NCBI GenBank assembly: GCA_947627475.1
Contig: CANQWE010000001.1
Span: 7,069-71,068, forward strand
DNA length: 64,000 nt
Direction: 5' to 3'
From: an uncultured Clostridia bacterium
GTDB taxonomy: Bacteria > Bacillota > Clostridia > Oscillospirales > CAG-272
The notes beneath the pieces are model-generated. The model made no database searches. It had not been told where the DNA came from and was given only the letters and a program-made list of their open reading frames with translations. Positions 18,443 to 28,162 of the stretch are shown here, piece by piece. Positions within the stretch are counted from its first letter, which is position 1. The number at the start of each line of letters is the position of its first letter. The position numbers and the translations under genes were made by a program.

Positions 18443-19207
18443 TTATTCTGCATGTGTTTCTATACGCATCTTCAGCTCCTGCATTTTTTCATCTGTCTTT
18501 GCGATGGTATCCGCACATTCCTTTAGCTCCTGAATGATATCCTGCACCCCCTGTGATTTATTTTTGTACCGGATCTGGTGTTCCAGGCTTGCCCAGAAAT
18601 TCATGGCTACGGTGCGGATTTGAATTTCTACCCGAATATTTTCTTTTTTCATGGAAAAGAAAACGGGGATCTCCACCACCAAGTGAAGGCTGCGGTAACC
18701 GCTTTCCTTGGGACTGCGAATGTAATCTTTTCTGGCTATCAGGCGGACGTCGTCCTGCTGAATCAACATTTTTTCTACAGCATAAATGTCCTTGATAAAC
18801 GGGCAGATAACACGGATTCCTGCTACATCGTTTAAATGCCGTGCGATGGACTCTACTGTGACAGGTTGCTGTTGCCGTTTCAGCTTTTCTGCAATACTGT
18901 AGGGCCGTTTGATTCGGGTTTGGATACTCTCAATGGGATTCTGCTTTGTAGACGCGGAAAGTTCGTCGTTGAGGATCTCCAGTTTCGTAGTAATTTCTCG
19001 GATCGCGCTGCGGTATTTCGTCATGAGCTCTTCAAACTGGAAGAGCCGGTCTAAGAGTTCGTCCGGGATCTCCTCCCTTTCATCGCCCCCGAAAAAGTCT
19101 TTGAGCGTCTCCCTCTGCTGGGTCAGTCGATCATCGTGCATAGTTGGCATATTTTTTCCCTTTTTATTCTGATTTGGATTGAATTGCCTGCGGTTTTCTT
19201 TTTTCAT
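18443..19207 (-). CDS. Small alarmone synthetase (RelA/SpoT-domain GTP pyrophosphokinase, RelQ/RelP-like)
   Basis: DVAGIRVICPFIKDIY, ESGYRSLHLVVEIPV, EIQIRTVAMNFWASLEHQIRYK. Alternative start ATG 19150 (MPTMHDD) lies 13 nt after the MATE stop. Confidence 0.8.
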   Translation of the reverse strand: MKKENRRQFNPNQNKKGKNMPTMHDDRLTQQRETLKDFFGGDEREEIPDELLDRLFQFEELMTKYRSAIREITTKLEILNDELSASTKQNPIESIQTRIKRPYSIAEKLKRQQQPVTVESIARHLNDVAGIRVICPFIKDIYAVEKMLIQQDDVRLIARKDYIRSPKESGYRSLHLVVEIPVFFSMKKENIRVEIQIRTVAMNFWASLEHQIRYKNKSQGVQDIIQELKECADTIAKTDEKMQELKMRIETHAE

Positions 19208-20564
19208 TCATTTGCCGCAGAGCCTTTTTAAATTGGAATGTGAAGAGGATAGAGGTAAACGTTACCGCAAGAAAGTCTGCCACAGGTTCTGCGGCGTACA
19301 CTGCCCAGGTTTTGTCGATGGGCAGGATGACAGGAAGAATATAGATCAGAGGAATCAGAAGAATAAATTTTCTCATTACGGCGACCACGATGGACGCCTT
19401 GGCATATCCAATGGAAGTAAACGTCATTTGGCAGGCCATTTGGATGCCAAACAACAGCAGACAAGCGATGTAAATACGCAGTGCCGTCTTTGTAAAAGCA
19501 ATCAGCTGTGCATCTGCGGTAAACATGGCGGCGAATCCCTGTGGAAAAAGTAGAACCAGCAGCCAAAGGAGAGTAGAGTAGCACATATCTGCTTTCAGCA
19601 GAAGCCAGAACGCCGACTTTACCCGCTCTCCATTACCGGCGCCATAGTTGTAACTAATAATAGGCTGAGCGCCCTGGCCAAGTCCCTGGAGGGGAAGCAT
19701 GGCAAACTGCATCACGCTGGTGAGAATCGTCATTGCGCCTACGGCAACATCCCCGCCATACCGCAGGAGGGAAGAATTAAAACAAACGGAGATGACGCTT
19801 TCACTGGCCTGCTGGACAAAAACGGAAGATCCCAGTGCAAAGGCTGGCAAAACCACTTTGGCACGCAAACGCAGATGTTCTTTTTTTATTCGCAGGTGGG
19901 TTTTTTTTCCAAACAGGAAAAGCAGCACCCACCCACAGGAGATTGCCTGGGAAAGAATCGTGGCCAACGCTGCGCCGCGCACACCCATGTGTAGTCCAAA
20001 AATCAAAATAGGATCCAGCACGATGTTTACCACTGCGCCAATCAGCACAGAAAGCATACCAGTTTTTGCAAAGCCCTGCGCGGTGATGAAGGCGTTCATC
20101 CCCAATGTCAGCTGTACAAAGATCGTACCCAGGGCGTAGATATTCATATATTCCACACCGTATGAAATGGTGTTTTCGCTTGCGCCAAAGGCCAGAAGCA
20201 AATCCCGATTCCAAAGGAGCAGGGCCCCTGTCAGAAGCAGGGAGATGATGATTTGCACAACAAAGCAGTTTCCCAGGGTCTTTTCTGCAGAGTCGGGATC
20301 TCCTTTTCCCATAAAAATAGAAGCGCGGGGTGCGCCGCCGTAGCCGGCAAAGGAGGAGAAGGCTGTTACGATCATAATCAGCGGCATGCATACACCCACT
20401 CCGGTCAATGCCAGGGATCCTACGTCTGGGATGTGGCCTATGTAAATTCGGTCTACAATATTGTAGAGCATATTGATGATCTGGGCCGTTACCGTGGGAA
20501 GGGCAAGCTTCAGCAAAAGCTTGCCCACAGGTTCCGTCCCCAAAAAGTTTTTGTTTGTTTCCAT
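19164..20564 (-). CDS. MATE-family efflux transporter
   Basis: METNKNFLGTEPVGKLLLKLALPTVTAQIINMLYNIVDRIYIGH; about 12 TM segments. ATG 20564 is preferred because the longer track ORF runs through the predicted promoter. Confidence 0.8.
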   Translation of the reverse strand: METNKNFLGTEPVGKLLLKLALPTVTAQIINMLYNIVDRIYIGHIPDVGSLALTGVGVCMPLIMIVTAFSSFAGYGGAPRASIFMGKGDPDSAEKTLGNCFVVQIIISLLLTGALLLWNRDLLLAFGASENTISYGVEYMNIYALGTIFVQLTLGMNAFITAQGFAKTGMLSVLIGAVVNIVLDPILIFGLHMGVRGAALATILSQAISCGWVLLFLFGKKTHLRIKKEHLRLRAKVVLPAFALGSSVFVQQASESVISVCFNSSLLRYGGDVAVGAMTILTSVMQFAMLPLQGLGQGAQPIISYNYGAGNGERVKSAFWLLLKADMCYSTLLWLLVLLFPQGFAAMFTADAQLIAFTKTALRIYIACLLLFGIQMACQMTFTSIGYAKASIVVAVMRKFILLIPLIYILPVILPIDKTWAVYAAEPVADFLAVTFTSILFTFQFKKALRQMNEKRKPQAIQSKSE

Positions 20565-20601
20565 TTTGGGACACCTTCTAAACATTACATTTATATTAAA
20601 T

Positions 20602-20630
20602 ATTTTATCGCATATGTCGTGGATAGTCAA
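20602..20630 (-). promoter_or_regulatory. Sigma-A type promoter of the MATE gene
   Basis: Minus strand TTGACT (20630-20625), 17 nt, TAAAAT (20607-20602). Confidence 0.5.
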
Positions 20631-20680
20631 GAAATCTGCCGATTCTTTTACCGATTGTTCACAATACGATATAGGAAAAG

Positions 20681-20707
20681 AAAAGCAGGCAATTCTGCCT
20701 GCTTTTC
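20681..20707 (-). terminator. Intrinsic terminator after trpB
   Basis: aaaagcaggca-attc-tgcctgctttt with flanking A and T runs. Confidence 0.7.
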
Positions 20708-20808
20708 CATTTATATAGTTAGTGGATGGCGGACGCTGGGGAAAATAGGAATTCCTGCCCGATTCACAGAAGTCGCCTGTTTTTTAGGACTGCTCCATTT
20801 GTGATGGC

Positions 20809-22026
20809 TTATCTGATTCCATATTTTTCAATGATATAGTCCATATCCTTATCTCCTCTGCCGGAGAGATTGATCAGAATCGAACCTTTCTCCATCTGCC
20901 GTGCCAGCTTCATAGCATAGGCAACCGCGTGGGAGCTTTCAATGGCCGGGATGATTCCTTCCATTCTGGAAAGCTCAAAGAATGCATCGATGGTTTCGTC
21001 ATCGGACACAACATCGTACTTTACCCTGCCAAGGTCGTGGAGAAACGCGTGCTCGGGGCCGGAGGAGGGATAGTCCAATCCGCTTGCCACTGAGTAAACC
21101 GGCGCCGGATCTCCATTTTCATCCTTGAGCATAATGCTGTTGAAGCCGTGCATGACCCCTTCAGAGCCATAGGACAGACTTGCGGCATGATCCCCAAGGG
21201 CAGGTCCTCTGCCAAGCGGTTCCACCCCATAGATCTCTACAGGGTCATTTAAAAATCCCGCGAACATTCCCATTGCGTTGGAGCCGCCCCCAACACAGGC
21301 GACAACAGCGTCCGGCAGCTCACCGGTCATCTCAATAAACTGCTCCCGTGCTTCTATTCCTACAACACTCTGGAAGTCCCGCACCATCATGGGGAAGGGA
21401 TGGGGTCCTACTACGGAACCGATGCAGTAAATGGCGTCCTTATACTCTCTGGAGTAAGCCATAAACGCGGCGTCTACAGCTTCCTTCAGGGTTTGCAGCC
21501 CGTCTGTCACCTCAATTACATTGGCGCCGAGAATTTTCATTCTGGCTACATTGGGGGCTTGCTTTTTTATATCTACAGCACCCATATAAATATCACATGC
21601 AAGGCCAAAGTAGGCGGCTGCTGTTGCCAAAGCCACGCCATGCTGTCCGGCCCCTGTTTCAGCAATCACCTTTTTCTTACCCATGTACTTGGCGAGAAGG
21701 GCCTCTCCCATACAGTGGTTCAGTTTATGGGCGCCGGTGTGGTTCAGGTCTTCCCGTTTTACATAAAGCTGCACGTTGCCCAGCTTTCCGGACAGCCGTT
21801 CCAGATAGGAGACAGGAGTCGGCCTGCCCTGAAATTCCTTTCGGATACGGCGCAGTTCACTGACAAATTTGCTGGATTTACAAATGGTAAAGTAGGCCTG
21901 GGTGATCTCGTCCATGGCCTCCTGCAGCTCCTTTGGAATAAAGGAGCCCCCGTATTTTCCGAAGTATCCTTCCCCGTCGGGATAATTTTTCAGATATGTA
22001 TCAAAATCGATATTTCCGTATTGCAT
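20809..22026 (-). CDS. trpB: Stand-alone tryptophan synthase beta-chain-like enzyme (TrpB2 type)
   Basis: [24 protein letters not shown] (PLP lysine), [15 protein letters not shown] before ATG 22026 (MQYGNIDF). No trpA is adjacent. Confidence 0.85.
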   Translation of the reverse strand: MQYGNIDFDTYLKNYPDGEGYFGKYGGSFIPKELQEAMDEITQAYFTICKSSKFVSELRRIRKEFQGRPTPVSYLERLSGKLGNVQLYVKREDLNHTGAHKLNHCMGEALLAKYMGKKKVIAETGAGQHGVALATAAAYFGLACDIYMGAVDIKKQAPNVARMKILGANVIEVTDGLQTLKEAVDAAFMAYSREYKDAIYCIGSVVGPHPFPMMVRDFQSVVGIEAREQFIEMTGELPDAVVACVGGGSNAMGMFAGFLNDPVEIYGVEPLGRGPALGDHAASLSYGSEGVMHGFNSIMLKDENGDPAPVYSVASGLDYPSSGPEHAFLHDLGRVKYDVVSDDETIDAFFELSRMEGIIPAIESSHAVAYAMKLARQMEKGSILINLSGRGDKDMDYIIEKYGIR

Positions 22027-22069
22027 TTTACGTTCCTCCAAAAATAGTAAAGAATCGTTTGTTTATTAA

Positions 22070-22300
22070 CTGTGCTGCTGTAGGTGGATGGGGGGAAGAA
22101 TACCCAAACAATCCCCCCGACATACCAGCGGTGTGCCACCCCCCTTTACATAAGGGGGACTGCGTCAGGTAAGGTTTCCCCTTGCAGGGGGGATAACGCC
22201 GAAGCATCCAATCTATGCATCCCCTGTTCGTGTTTTGTAAAGTGAAACACCGGGGTTGGTGCCGCGGTAGCGACGAAGGGGTATCTGCACATTTCTTTCT
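22070..22300. repeat. Intergenic repeat block D (hairpin modules shared with block A)
   Basis: ccccctttacataaggggg and ccccttgcagggg hairpins parallel cccccctttaaaaaagggggg and ctccccacaaggggag of block A. It lies inside the trpB 5' UTR. Confidence 0.6.
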
Positions 22301-22430
22301 CCAACCAGCCTTTTTATAATAAAAAAATTTCGTGTGGACGCCGCCATCGTTTAGTCAGTAATGTCATAATAATTTCCTCCTGAAACAGAAAAATTTCATG
22401 GACGCATATGGTTTGTCAAAGAAGTATCAA

Positions 22431-22737
22431 ACAAAAAACGCCCTTGACAAAAAACATTTTGTCAAGGACGAATACGGTATATTGTTTTCCTATACCAAAA
22501 TCCGCGGTGCCACCTTGCATTCACGGGTAGAGCCCGTGCACTCAGCAGGATACCTGCATATCCCCGGCAACTGACGTATGCCCACACGTTGCAGAATACT
22601 TTGGGAAGTTCCCATTTGACTGCACCCTCAGCGGTCCATTTGACAATTTGTTTCTTACCTGATTTTCAGCATCGCAGGCTCTCTGTAAAGGCATCATTGC
22701 CGTTATCTCCGCTTCAACGGTTTAGTGTATTATATTT
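22431..22737 (-). promoter_or_regulatory. T-box riboswitch leader, tryptophan-specific (specifier UGG)
   Basis: Minus-strand RNA has K-turn halves UGAAGCGG / CCGCUGAGG, AGAGAG (fwd 22679-22684) and specifier UGG followed by A (fwd 22636-22638). It also has T-box core AGGUGGCACCGCGG (fwd 22501-22514) and terminator cgtccttgacaaaatgttttttgtcaagggcg plus a U-run (22431-22470). Confidence 0.8.
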
Positions 22738-22743
22738 TTATTT

Positions 22744-22772
22744 ATTATAGCACGGCCGGCGATTTCTGTCAA
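22744..22772 (-). promoter_or_regulatory. Sigma-A type promoter of the Trp T-box leader
   Basis: Minus strand TTGACA (22772-22767), 17 nt, TATAAT (22749-22744). Confidence 0.6.
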
Positions 22773-22803
22773 TAGGAAATTTATTTTTATAGGACAGTCA
22801 GAA

Positions 22804-23394
22804 TCAGCATCCGTGATAGATTTTAATAATCTCTTCTGCAACCATACGCCTTGTAACACAGCGGTCCATGGCCTGCTTTTCAATGTATCGATGCGCCTGG
22901 GGCTCATCCATTTTAAGTTCTTGGATCAGCAGCCACTTGGCACGGTTGACAATCCGGATTTCCTCCATTTTTTCTTCAATGGAAAGGGTTTTCTTTTCAG
23001 ACCGTCTCAGCCGTTCCCTGGCGCAGGCCATCCATCCCAGCGCGGTCATGATCGTAGGCTTGGCGGTGGGCTTCGAAAGCGTGAAAACGCCGTGCTCTGC
23101 AACCTTATCAAAAATTTCGTCATGCACCTCGGCCCGCACCAGCAAAAGGACCACAGTTTCCTTTGCAATGCAGGCGTCGATTGCAAACCGGACGCCCATG
23201 TCATCTGGAAGCGGAGCGTTGACGATTACAAAGTCAAAGGCATTTTCGGCAAAGGCTCTTTTGGCGGCGCTTACACTGGTCGCAAACTGAAGGGGGCTGT
23301 ATTTGGACTCAGGGAGCAAAGCAGACATGGCGCTGTTGAAGGCTTCTGATGCAGAAACCACCAGAACGCTGTAACCCTGCTCTTTGAGACTCAT
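22804..23394 (-). CDS. ANTAR-domain RNA-binding antiterminator with a pseudo-receiver N-terminal domain
   Basis: C-terminal IVNRAKWLLIQELKMDEPQAHRYIEKQAMDRCVTRRMVAEEII is an ANTAR pattern. The N-terminal receiver-like fold lacks the acidic pocket (VLVVSASEAF) and has Asn at the phospho-acceptor position (FVIVNAPLPDD). Confidence 0.8.
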   Translation of the reverse strand: MSLKEQGYSVLVVSASEAFNSAMSALLPESKYSPLQFATSVSAAKRAFAENAFDFVIVNAPLPDDMGVRFAIDACIAKETVVLLLVRAEVHDEIFDKVAEHGVFTLSKPTAKPTIMTALGWMACARERLRRSEKKTLSIEEKMEEIRIVNRAKWLLIQELKMDEPQAHRYIEKQAMDRCVTRRMVAEEIIKIYHGC

Positions 23395-23427
23395 ATGGCT
23401 CCCCTCCTTTCCAAATTGCCGATCGCG

Positions 23428-24639
23428 TCACCTGCCGCAGTAAATCTCCAAAATTTGGGCAGGCACATGTACCCTGATAAAGTCGCTGGCAGCCGCGATC
23501 CTGCGCGCGGTATGAACATCCTGCGGAAGCTTTTTATAATGCTCCAGCGTTTTTGCATCCGCTGTGTACAGATTTACATTTGCTGCTGCCGGCAGGTCTA
23601 ACTTGCTTTCGATTCCCCAAAGCCCAGCATAAATCAGCAGAGCAAAGGCAAGGTACGGGTTGGCCGTGGGATCCGGGGAGCGGAGCTCTGCCCGGCGATA
23701 TTCCCCGATTGCAGCGGGGACGCGCACAAGCTGGGACCGGTTTTCGCTGGACCAGGATATATACCCGGGGGCCTTGTTTTGTCCGAACCGCTTGTAGGAA
23801 GCTTCCGTGGGATTGAGAAATGCGGTCATTTCCTCCGCCTTTGCCAAGATCCCAGCGATCATATAGCAGAGATTTTCAGATCCCGGGCAGGGCTTTACAG
23901 ACATATTGATGTGAAACCCGTTGCCGGGCTGATCCGCAAGGGGCTTAGGTGAGAAATCCGCAAAAAGCCCGTTGCGGTGCGCCGCGGTTTTTACGACCGT
24001 TTGAAAGGTCAGCGCATTGTCTGCCGCTGTCAGCGCGTCAGAATAGCGAAAGTCTATTTCATTCTGTCCAAAGCCTTCCTCGTGGTGGGAGCTTTCCGGG
24101 AGGATCCCCATCTGCTCCAGCGTGAGACAGATTTCCCGGCGTATGTTTTCCCCCCGGTCGTCGGGGGCGATATCCATATATCCTGCTGTATCATAGGGCT
24201 CCCGTGTAGGCATGCCTTCTGCATCCAGCTTAAACAGGTAGAATTCCTGCTCGGCGCCAAAGGCAAAGCTGTATCCACGCCTTTGGGCGTCGGCCATGGC
24301 CTTTTTCAAAAGACTGCGCGTGTCACATGCAAAGGGCGTACCGTCCGGATGGGAGATGTCTGCAAACATACGCACCACCTTGCCGTGCTCCGGCCTCCAG
24401 GGAAGCAGCATCAGTGTTTCGGCGCATGGATGGAGCAAAAGATCAGAACAGGTCTCCCCTCCAAAGCCTGTGATGGCGGACGCGTCAAAAGCGATTCCGT
24501 ATTCAAAAGCCCGGGGAAGCTCTCCTGGCATAATGGATATGTTTTTCTGCCTGCCGAACACGTCACAGAAAGCAAGACGGATAAACTTCACATCCTCCTC
24601 CCGGACATACTGCAGTACCTCTTCCTTCGAATACTTCAT
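23428..24639 (-). CDS. glnA: Glutamine synthetase (short type I-like, 403 aa)
   Basis: FGAEQEFYLF, HHEEGFGQNEIDF, NGFHINMSV, SYKRF, ENRSQLVRVP. Confidence 0.85.
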   Translation of the reverse strand: MKYSKEEVLQYVREEDVKFIRLAFCDVFGRQKNISIMPGELPRAFEYGIAFDASAITGFGGETCSDLLLHPCAETLMLLPWRPEHGKVVRMFADISHPDGTPFACDTRSLLKKAMADAQRRGYSFAFGAEQEFYLFKLDAEGMPTREPYDTAGYMDIAPDDRGENIRREICLTLEQMGILPESSHHEEGFGQNEIDFRYSDALTAADNALTFQTVVKTAAHRNGLFADFSPKPLADQPGNGFHINMSVKPCPGSENLCYMIAGILAKAEEMTAFLNPTEASYKRFGQNKAPGYISWSSENRSQLVRVPAAIGEYRRAELRSPDPTANPYLAFALLIYAGLWGIESKLDLPAAANVNLYTADAKTLEHYKKLPQDVHTARRIAAASDFIRVHVPAQILEIYCGR

Positions 24640-24663
24640 AGTGCTTCTCCAATCCTGCTTTCG

Positions 24664-25479
24664 TTAGTTTGCTACATACATCTGCTTGTAGGGGTTTTTG
24701 CTGTCAGGGGTAACTACGGTGAAGGGCGCGTGCAGAACCGTGGCCATATCATATCCGAAAACACCGCAGTATTCCCGCACATACACTTGCAGTTCTTCCA
24801 TATCCGCGGCTTTGGCAGGGCGGGCTGTGACCTGATCCGGAAACTTCACATCTCCGCAGTGGGCGCGCAGAAATATTTTTCCCCCGTGCATGCCGGTACA
24901 AGGGAAATAGCCTACGATTTTTTTGCCCTGTAACCCAAGACCCAGAACTACGATCACACCGCCAGCCTGGTATTCGCCGAGAAAACTTCCGGCGCTGCCG
25001 CCGATCACCATCACCGGCATTTTTTCCTTGTATGCCTTCATGTGGATGCCGGCGCGGTATCCGGCGTTTCCCTGCACGAATATCCGGCCGCCCCGCATGG
25101 CATATCCGGCCGCGTCTCCTATGCTGCCGTGGATGATGATCGTTCCTTCGTTCATTGTATCCCCCACGGCGTCCTGCCCGTTTCCATTTACTGTAATGTG
25201 TGCTCCATTGAGATATGCCCCCAACGCATTGCCGGGAATACCATCAATCGTAATATTTTTCTCAGCCATGCCCGCCGCGATGAAGCGCTGTCCCCGGCAG
25301 CCTACCACCCTGCAGTCTTCCTCCGCCTTGCGAAGCGTATCATTTAAAGCCCGGAAATCCAGGCTGCCAGCATCGATTACCATACTATTATACCGCACCT
25401 CCCAGGGTATTTCTACAAATTTGAGGAGAAAAACTGCAAAAGCCGTATTTTCTCCTTTCCTATAAACATTTTCCAGCAT
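24664..25479 (-). CDS. Glutamate synthase GXGXG-domain subunit (GltB C-terminal domain homolog)
   Basis: Repeated G-x-G-x-G beta-helix motifs (GNGQDAVGD, HGSIGDAAGY, QGNAGYRAG, GGSAGSFLG). Confidence 0.8.
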   Translation of the reverse strand: MLENVYRKGENTAFAVFLLKFVEIPWEVRYNSMVIDAGSLDFRALNDTLRKAEEDCRVVGCRGQRFIAAGMAEKNITIDGIPGNALGAYLNGAHITVNGNGQDAVGDTMNEGTIIIHGSIGDAAGYAMRGGRIFVQGNAGYRAGIHMKAYKEKMPVMVIGGSAGSFLGEYQAGGVIVVLGLGLQGKKIVGYFPCTGMHGGKIFLRAHCGDVKFPDQVTARPAKAADMEELQVYVREYCGVFGYDMATVLHAPFTVVTPDSKNPYKQMYVAN

Positions 25480-26987
25480 TACTCTCCCGCATGGCAGATA
25501 CCCAGGATCTCCAGTTCCTTATCTGTCATACCAATACCCCGCAGCATCAGCCGATTCCCCCGCAGGGCTTCAATGGAGTTGATTCCCATGCCGCCCATCA
25601 TCTCCTTGATTTCATGCTGCCATGCGTGCATCAGATTGATGAGCCGTTGACTGCCGATGCTGGGATCCAGACGCTTCACCAATTCGGGACGCTGGGTTGC
25701 AATGCCCCAGTTGCACCGGCCGCTTTGACAGGAACGGCATAGATGACAGCCCAGAGCCAAAAGCGCCGCAGTTGCAATATAACAGGCGTCTGCGCCCAGG
25801 GCGACGGCCTTTATCACATCTGCCGCGCTGCGGATCGAACCGCCTGCAATGATAGAGACGTCGTTTCGGATCCCTTCATCCCGGAGGCGCTGATCCACCG
25901 CCGCAAGAGCAAGCTCAATGGGAATGCCCACATTGTCCCGGATCCTGGTGGGCGCCGCCCCTGTACCGCCTCGGAACCCGTCGATGGCGATGATATCTGC
26001 ACCGCTTCTGGCGATCCCGCTGGCAATGGCGGCGATATTATGTACAGCCGCCACCTTCACAATTACCGGCTTATTATATTGGGTGGTCTCCTTCAGAGAG
26101 AACACGAGCTGCCGCAGGTCTTCGATGGAATAAATGTCGTGGTGGGGCGCCGGGGAAATGGCGTCCGACCCTTCGGGGATCATACGGGTACGGGATACGT
26201 CTCCCACAATCTTTGCACCCGGCAAATGTCCGCCGATACCTGGCTTGGCGCCCTGTCCCATTTTGATCTCAATGGCGGCGCCTGCATGTAAATAATCTTC
26301 GTGCACGCCGAACCGGCCGGAGGCAACCTGCACAATGGTGTTTTCCCCGTAGCAATAGAAGTCCTCGTGCAGCCCCCCCTCGCCGGTGTTGTAGAGGATG
26401 CCAAGCTCCGTGGCGGCACGGGCCAAAGCGGCGTGGGCGTTGTAGCTGATGGAGCCGTAGCTCATGGCTGAAAACAGCACGGGCATGGTAAGGGTAAGCT
26501 GGGGAGGAAGCTGACAGTTTAGCCTGCCGGCTTCATCCCGCTGGATCCGGTGGGGCTTTTTCCCCAGGAACACACGGGTTTCCATAGGCTCCCGCAGGGG
26601 ATCGATAGGCGGGTTGGTCACCTGGGATGCGTTGATCAGAATTTTATCCCAGTATACAGGCATGGGCCTTGGATTCCCCATGGAGGAAAGGAGTACGCCC
26701 CCGCTGTCCGCCTGCTTGTAGATTTCCCGGATTGTATCGCTTTGCCAGTTGGCGTTTTCTCGGAGGGTACAATTGCTTTTGACGATCTTCAGGGCCCTGG
26801 TGGGACACAGTGCCACACAGCGCTGGCAGTTTACACATTCCCGCTCGTCGCTGGTCATAACGCCCCTGTCCGGATTCAATGCATGCACCCCGTTGGCGCA
26901 TTGCCCCTCACAGACTCTGCATCCGATACAGCGGTCGGCATTGCGAATTACCTCAAACTCCGGATATACAAATTCTGTACGCATCAA
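25479..26987 (-). CDS. Glutamate synthase FMN-binding subunit with N-terminal 2x[4Fe-4S] ferredoxin domain
   Basis: CIGCRVCEGQC...CVNCQRCVALCP, then GEGG...GQGAKPGIGGHLPG...GGTGAAP motifs of the GltB central domain. 1-nt overlaps with neighbours. Confidence 0.85.
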   Translation of the reverse strand: MMRTEFVYPEFEVIRNADRCIGCRVCEGQCANGVHALNPDRGVMTSDERECVNCQRCVALCPTRALKIVKSNCTLRENANWQSDTIREIYKQADSGGVLLSSMGNPRPMPVYWDKILINASQVTNPPIDPLREPMETRVFLGKKPHRIQRDEAGRLNCQLPPQLTLTMPVLFSAMSYGSISYNAHAALARAATELGILYNTGEGGLHEDFYCYGENTIVQVASGRFGVHEDYLHAGAAIEIKMGQGAKPGIGGHLPGAKIVGDVSRTRMIPEGSDAISPAPHHDIYSIEDLRQLVFSLKETTQYNKPVIVKVAAVHNIAAIASGIARSGADIIAIDGFRGGTGAAPTRIRDNVGIPIELALAAVDQRLRDEGIRNDVSIIAGGSIRSAADVIKAVALGADACYIATAALLALGCHLCRSCQSGRCNWGIATQRPELVKRLDPSIGSQRLINLMHAWQHEIKEMMGGMGINSIEALRGNRLMLRGIGMTDKELEILGICHAGE

Positions 26988-28078
26988 TATGCACCTTCCT
27001 TTACCTTAACGATCACCGGCTCCCCACCAGCAGGCGCCCAAATGTCAGCAGCGTCCGGCTCCATTGCCCGGATCGCTGCTTCCTCGCTGGCGATAAATAC
27101 CCTATCATCCTTTTCCCCCACCACCATGGAACGGAGCTTAAGCCGATCGTTGAGCGCCATCAGTCCGCCGCTGTATCCGAGAACAATAGAAAACGGTCCC
27201 GTAATCAGCAGGCTGGGGAAAAGCGTGCGCAGATAGGTATATGCCTCCTGCTCTCCCGGGTCGGTTTTGTCCTGGATAGTGCTCCAAAAGGGCGCGGCGA
27301 TCACGCTTGCCGCTTCCTCTAAGGTCAGCCCCTGGATCCGCACCAGAAAGTCCAGTATATAGGTTATGACCTCGGTATCGGTCTGCAGGGTACACTTATA
27401 ACCGAACATTTCTATAAAACGGCGGTTGGCGTCGTAGGATGATATCTCCCCGTTATGTACGATGGAGTAATCTAACAGTGTAAAGGGATGGGCGCCGCCC
27501 CACCAGCCCGGCGTGTTGGTGGGATACCGGCCGTGAGCCGTCCAGGAGTAGCCCATATATTCTTCCAGTTTATAAAATACGGCCACATCTTCCGGAAAGC
27601 CTACTGCCTTGAAGGTGCCCATATTTTTCCCGCTGGAGAAAACATGGGCACCCCGCATTTCTGTGTTGATCTTCATAACAGTACGGGCCACAAATTCCTT
27701 TTCGTCCAGCTGCAGGTTGGCAAGGACAGACTGCAGCGGGGTCACAAAATATCTCCATATAATGGGCTCGTCGATAATGGCGGGAATCTTGCGGGTAGGG
27801 ATAATTTCCGATTTAACAATTTCAAAGCGCTCCTTTAAAAACACTTCGCAGTCCTTGCGGGTCGCCCGCTGATCAAAAAACACGTGCAGCGCATAAAAAT
27901 CCTTATACGCAGGGTAAATGCCATATCCTGCAAAACCGCCGCCCAGTCCGTTGGAACGGTCGTGCATGGGCTTCATAGCGCCGGCCACCAGCTCGCCGGA
28001 CATTTTGTTTCCCTCTTTAGAAATCACAGCGGCAATCGCACATCCGGAGGGGATTCGCACCTGGCCTTCTATTTTCAT
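26984..28078 (-). CDS. Glutamate synthase class-II glutamine amidotransferase subunit
   Basis: MKIEGQVRIPSGCAIAAV..., HGRYPTNTPGWWGGAHPF, HNGEISSY. ATG 28078 is preferred because the track start at 28168 would read through the leader hairpin. Confidence 0.8.
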   Translation of the reverse strand: MKIEGQVRIPSGCAIAAVISKEGNKMSGELVAGAMKPMHDRSNGLGGGFAGYGIYPAYKDFYALHVFFDQRATRKDCEVFLKERFEIVKSEIIPTRKIPAIIDEPIIWRYFVTPLQSVLANLQLDEKEFVARTVMKINTEMRGAHVFSSGKNMGTFKAVGFPEDVAVFYKLEEYMGYSWTAHGRYPTNTPGWWGGAHPFTLLDYSIVHNGEISSYDANRRFIEMFGYKCTLQTDTEVITYILDFLVRIQGLTLEEAASVIAAPFWSTIQDKTDPGEQEAYTYLRTLFPSLLITGPFSIVLGYSGGLMALNDRLKLRSMVVGEKDDRVFIASEEAAIRAMEPDAADIWAPAGGEPVIVKVKEGAY

Positions 28079-28111
28079 ATTGGTTTTTCCTTTCAGGGAA
28101 ATCTGAAAAAT

Positions 28112-28162
28112 AAAGGAGTTCATTTTCATGCACAGCAGGTCTGCATGAAAATGAACTCCTTT
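28112..28162 (-). promoter_or_regulatory. 5'-leader hairpin / candidate regulated terminator of the glutamate synthase-glnA-ANTAR operon
   Basis: Perfect 21-bp stem AAAGGAGTTCATTTTCATGCA / TGCATGAAAATGAACTCCTTT with a 9-nt loop. On the minus strand it is followed by AUUUUUC. It starts ~8 nt after the predicted TSS and ends 34 nt before the start codon. Confidence 0.6.
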
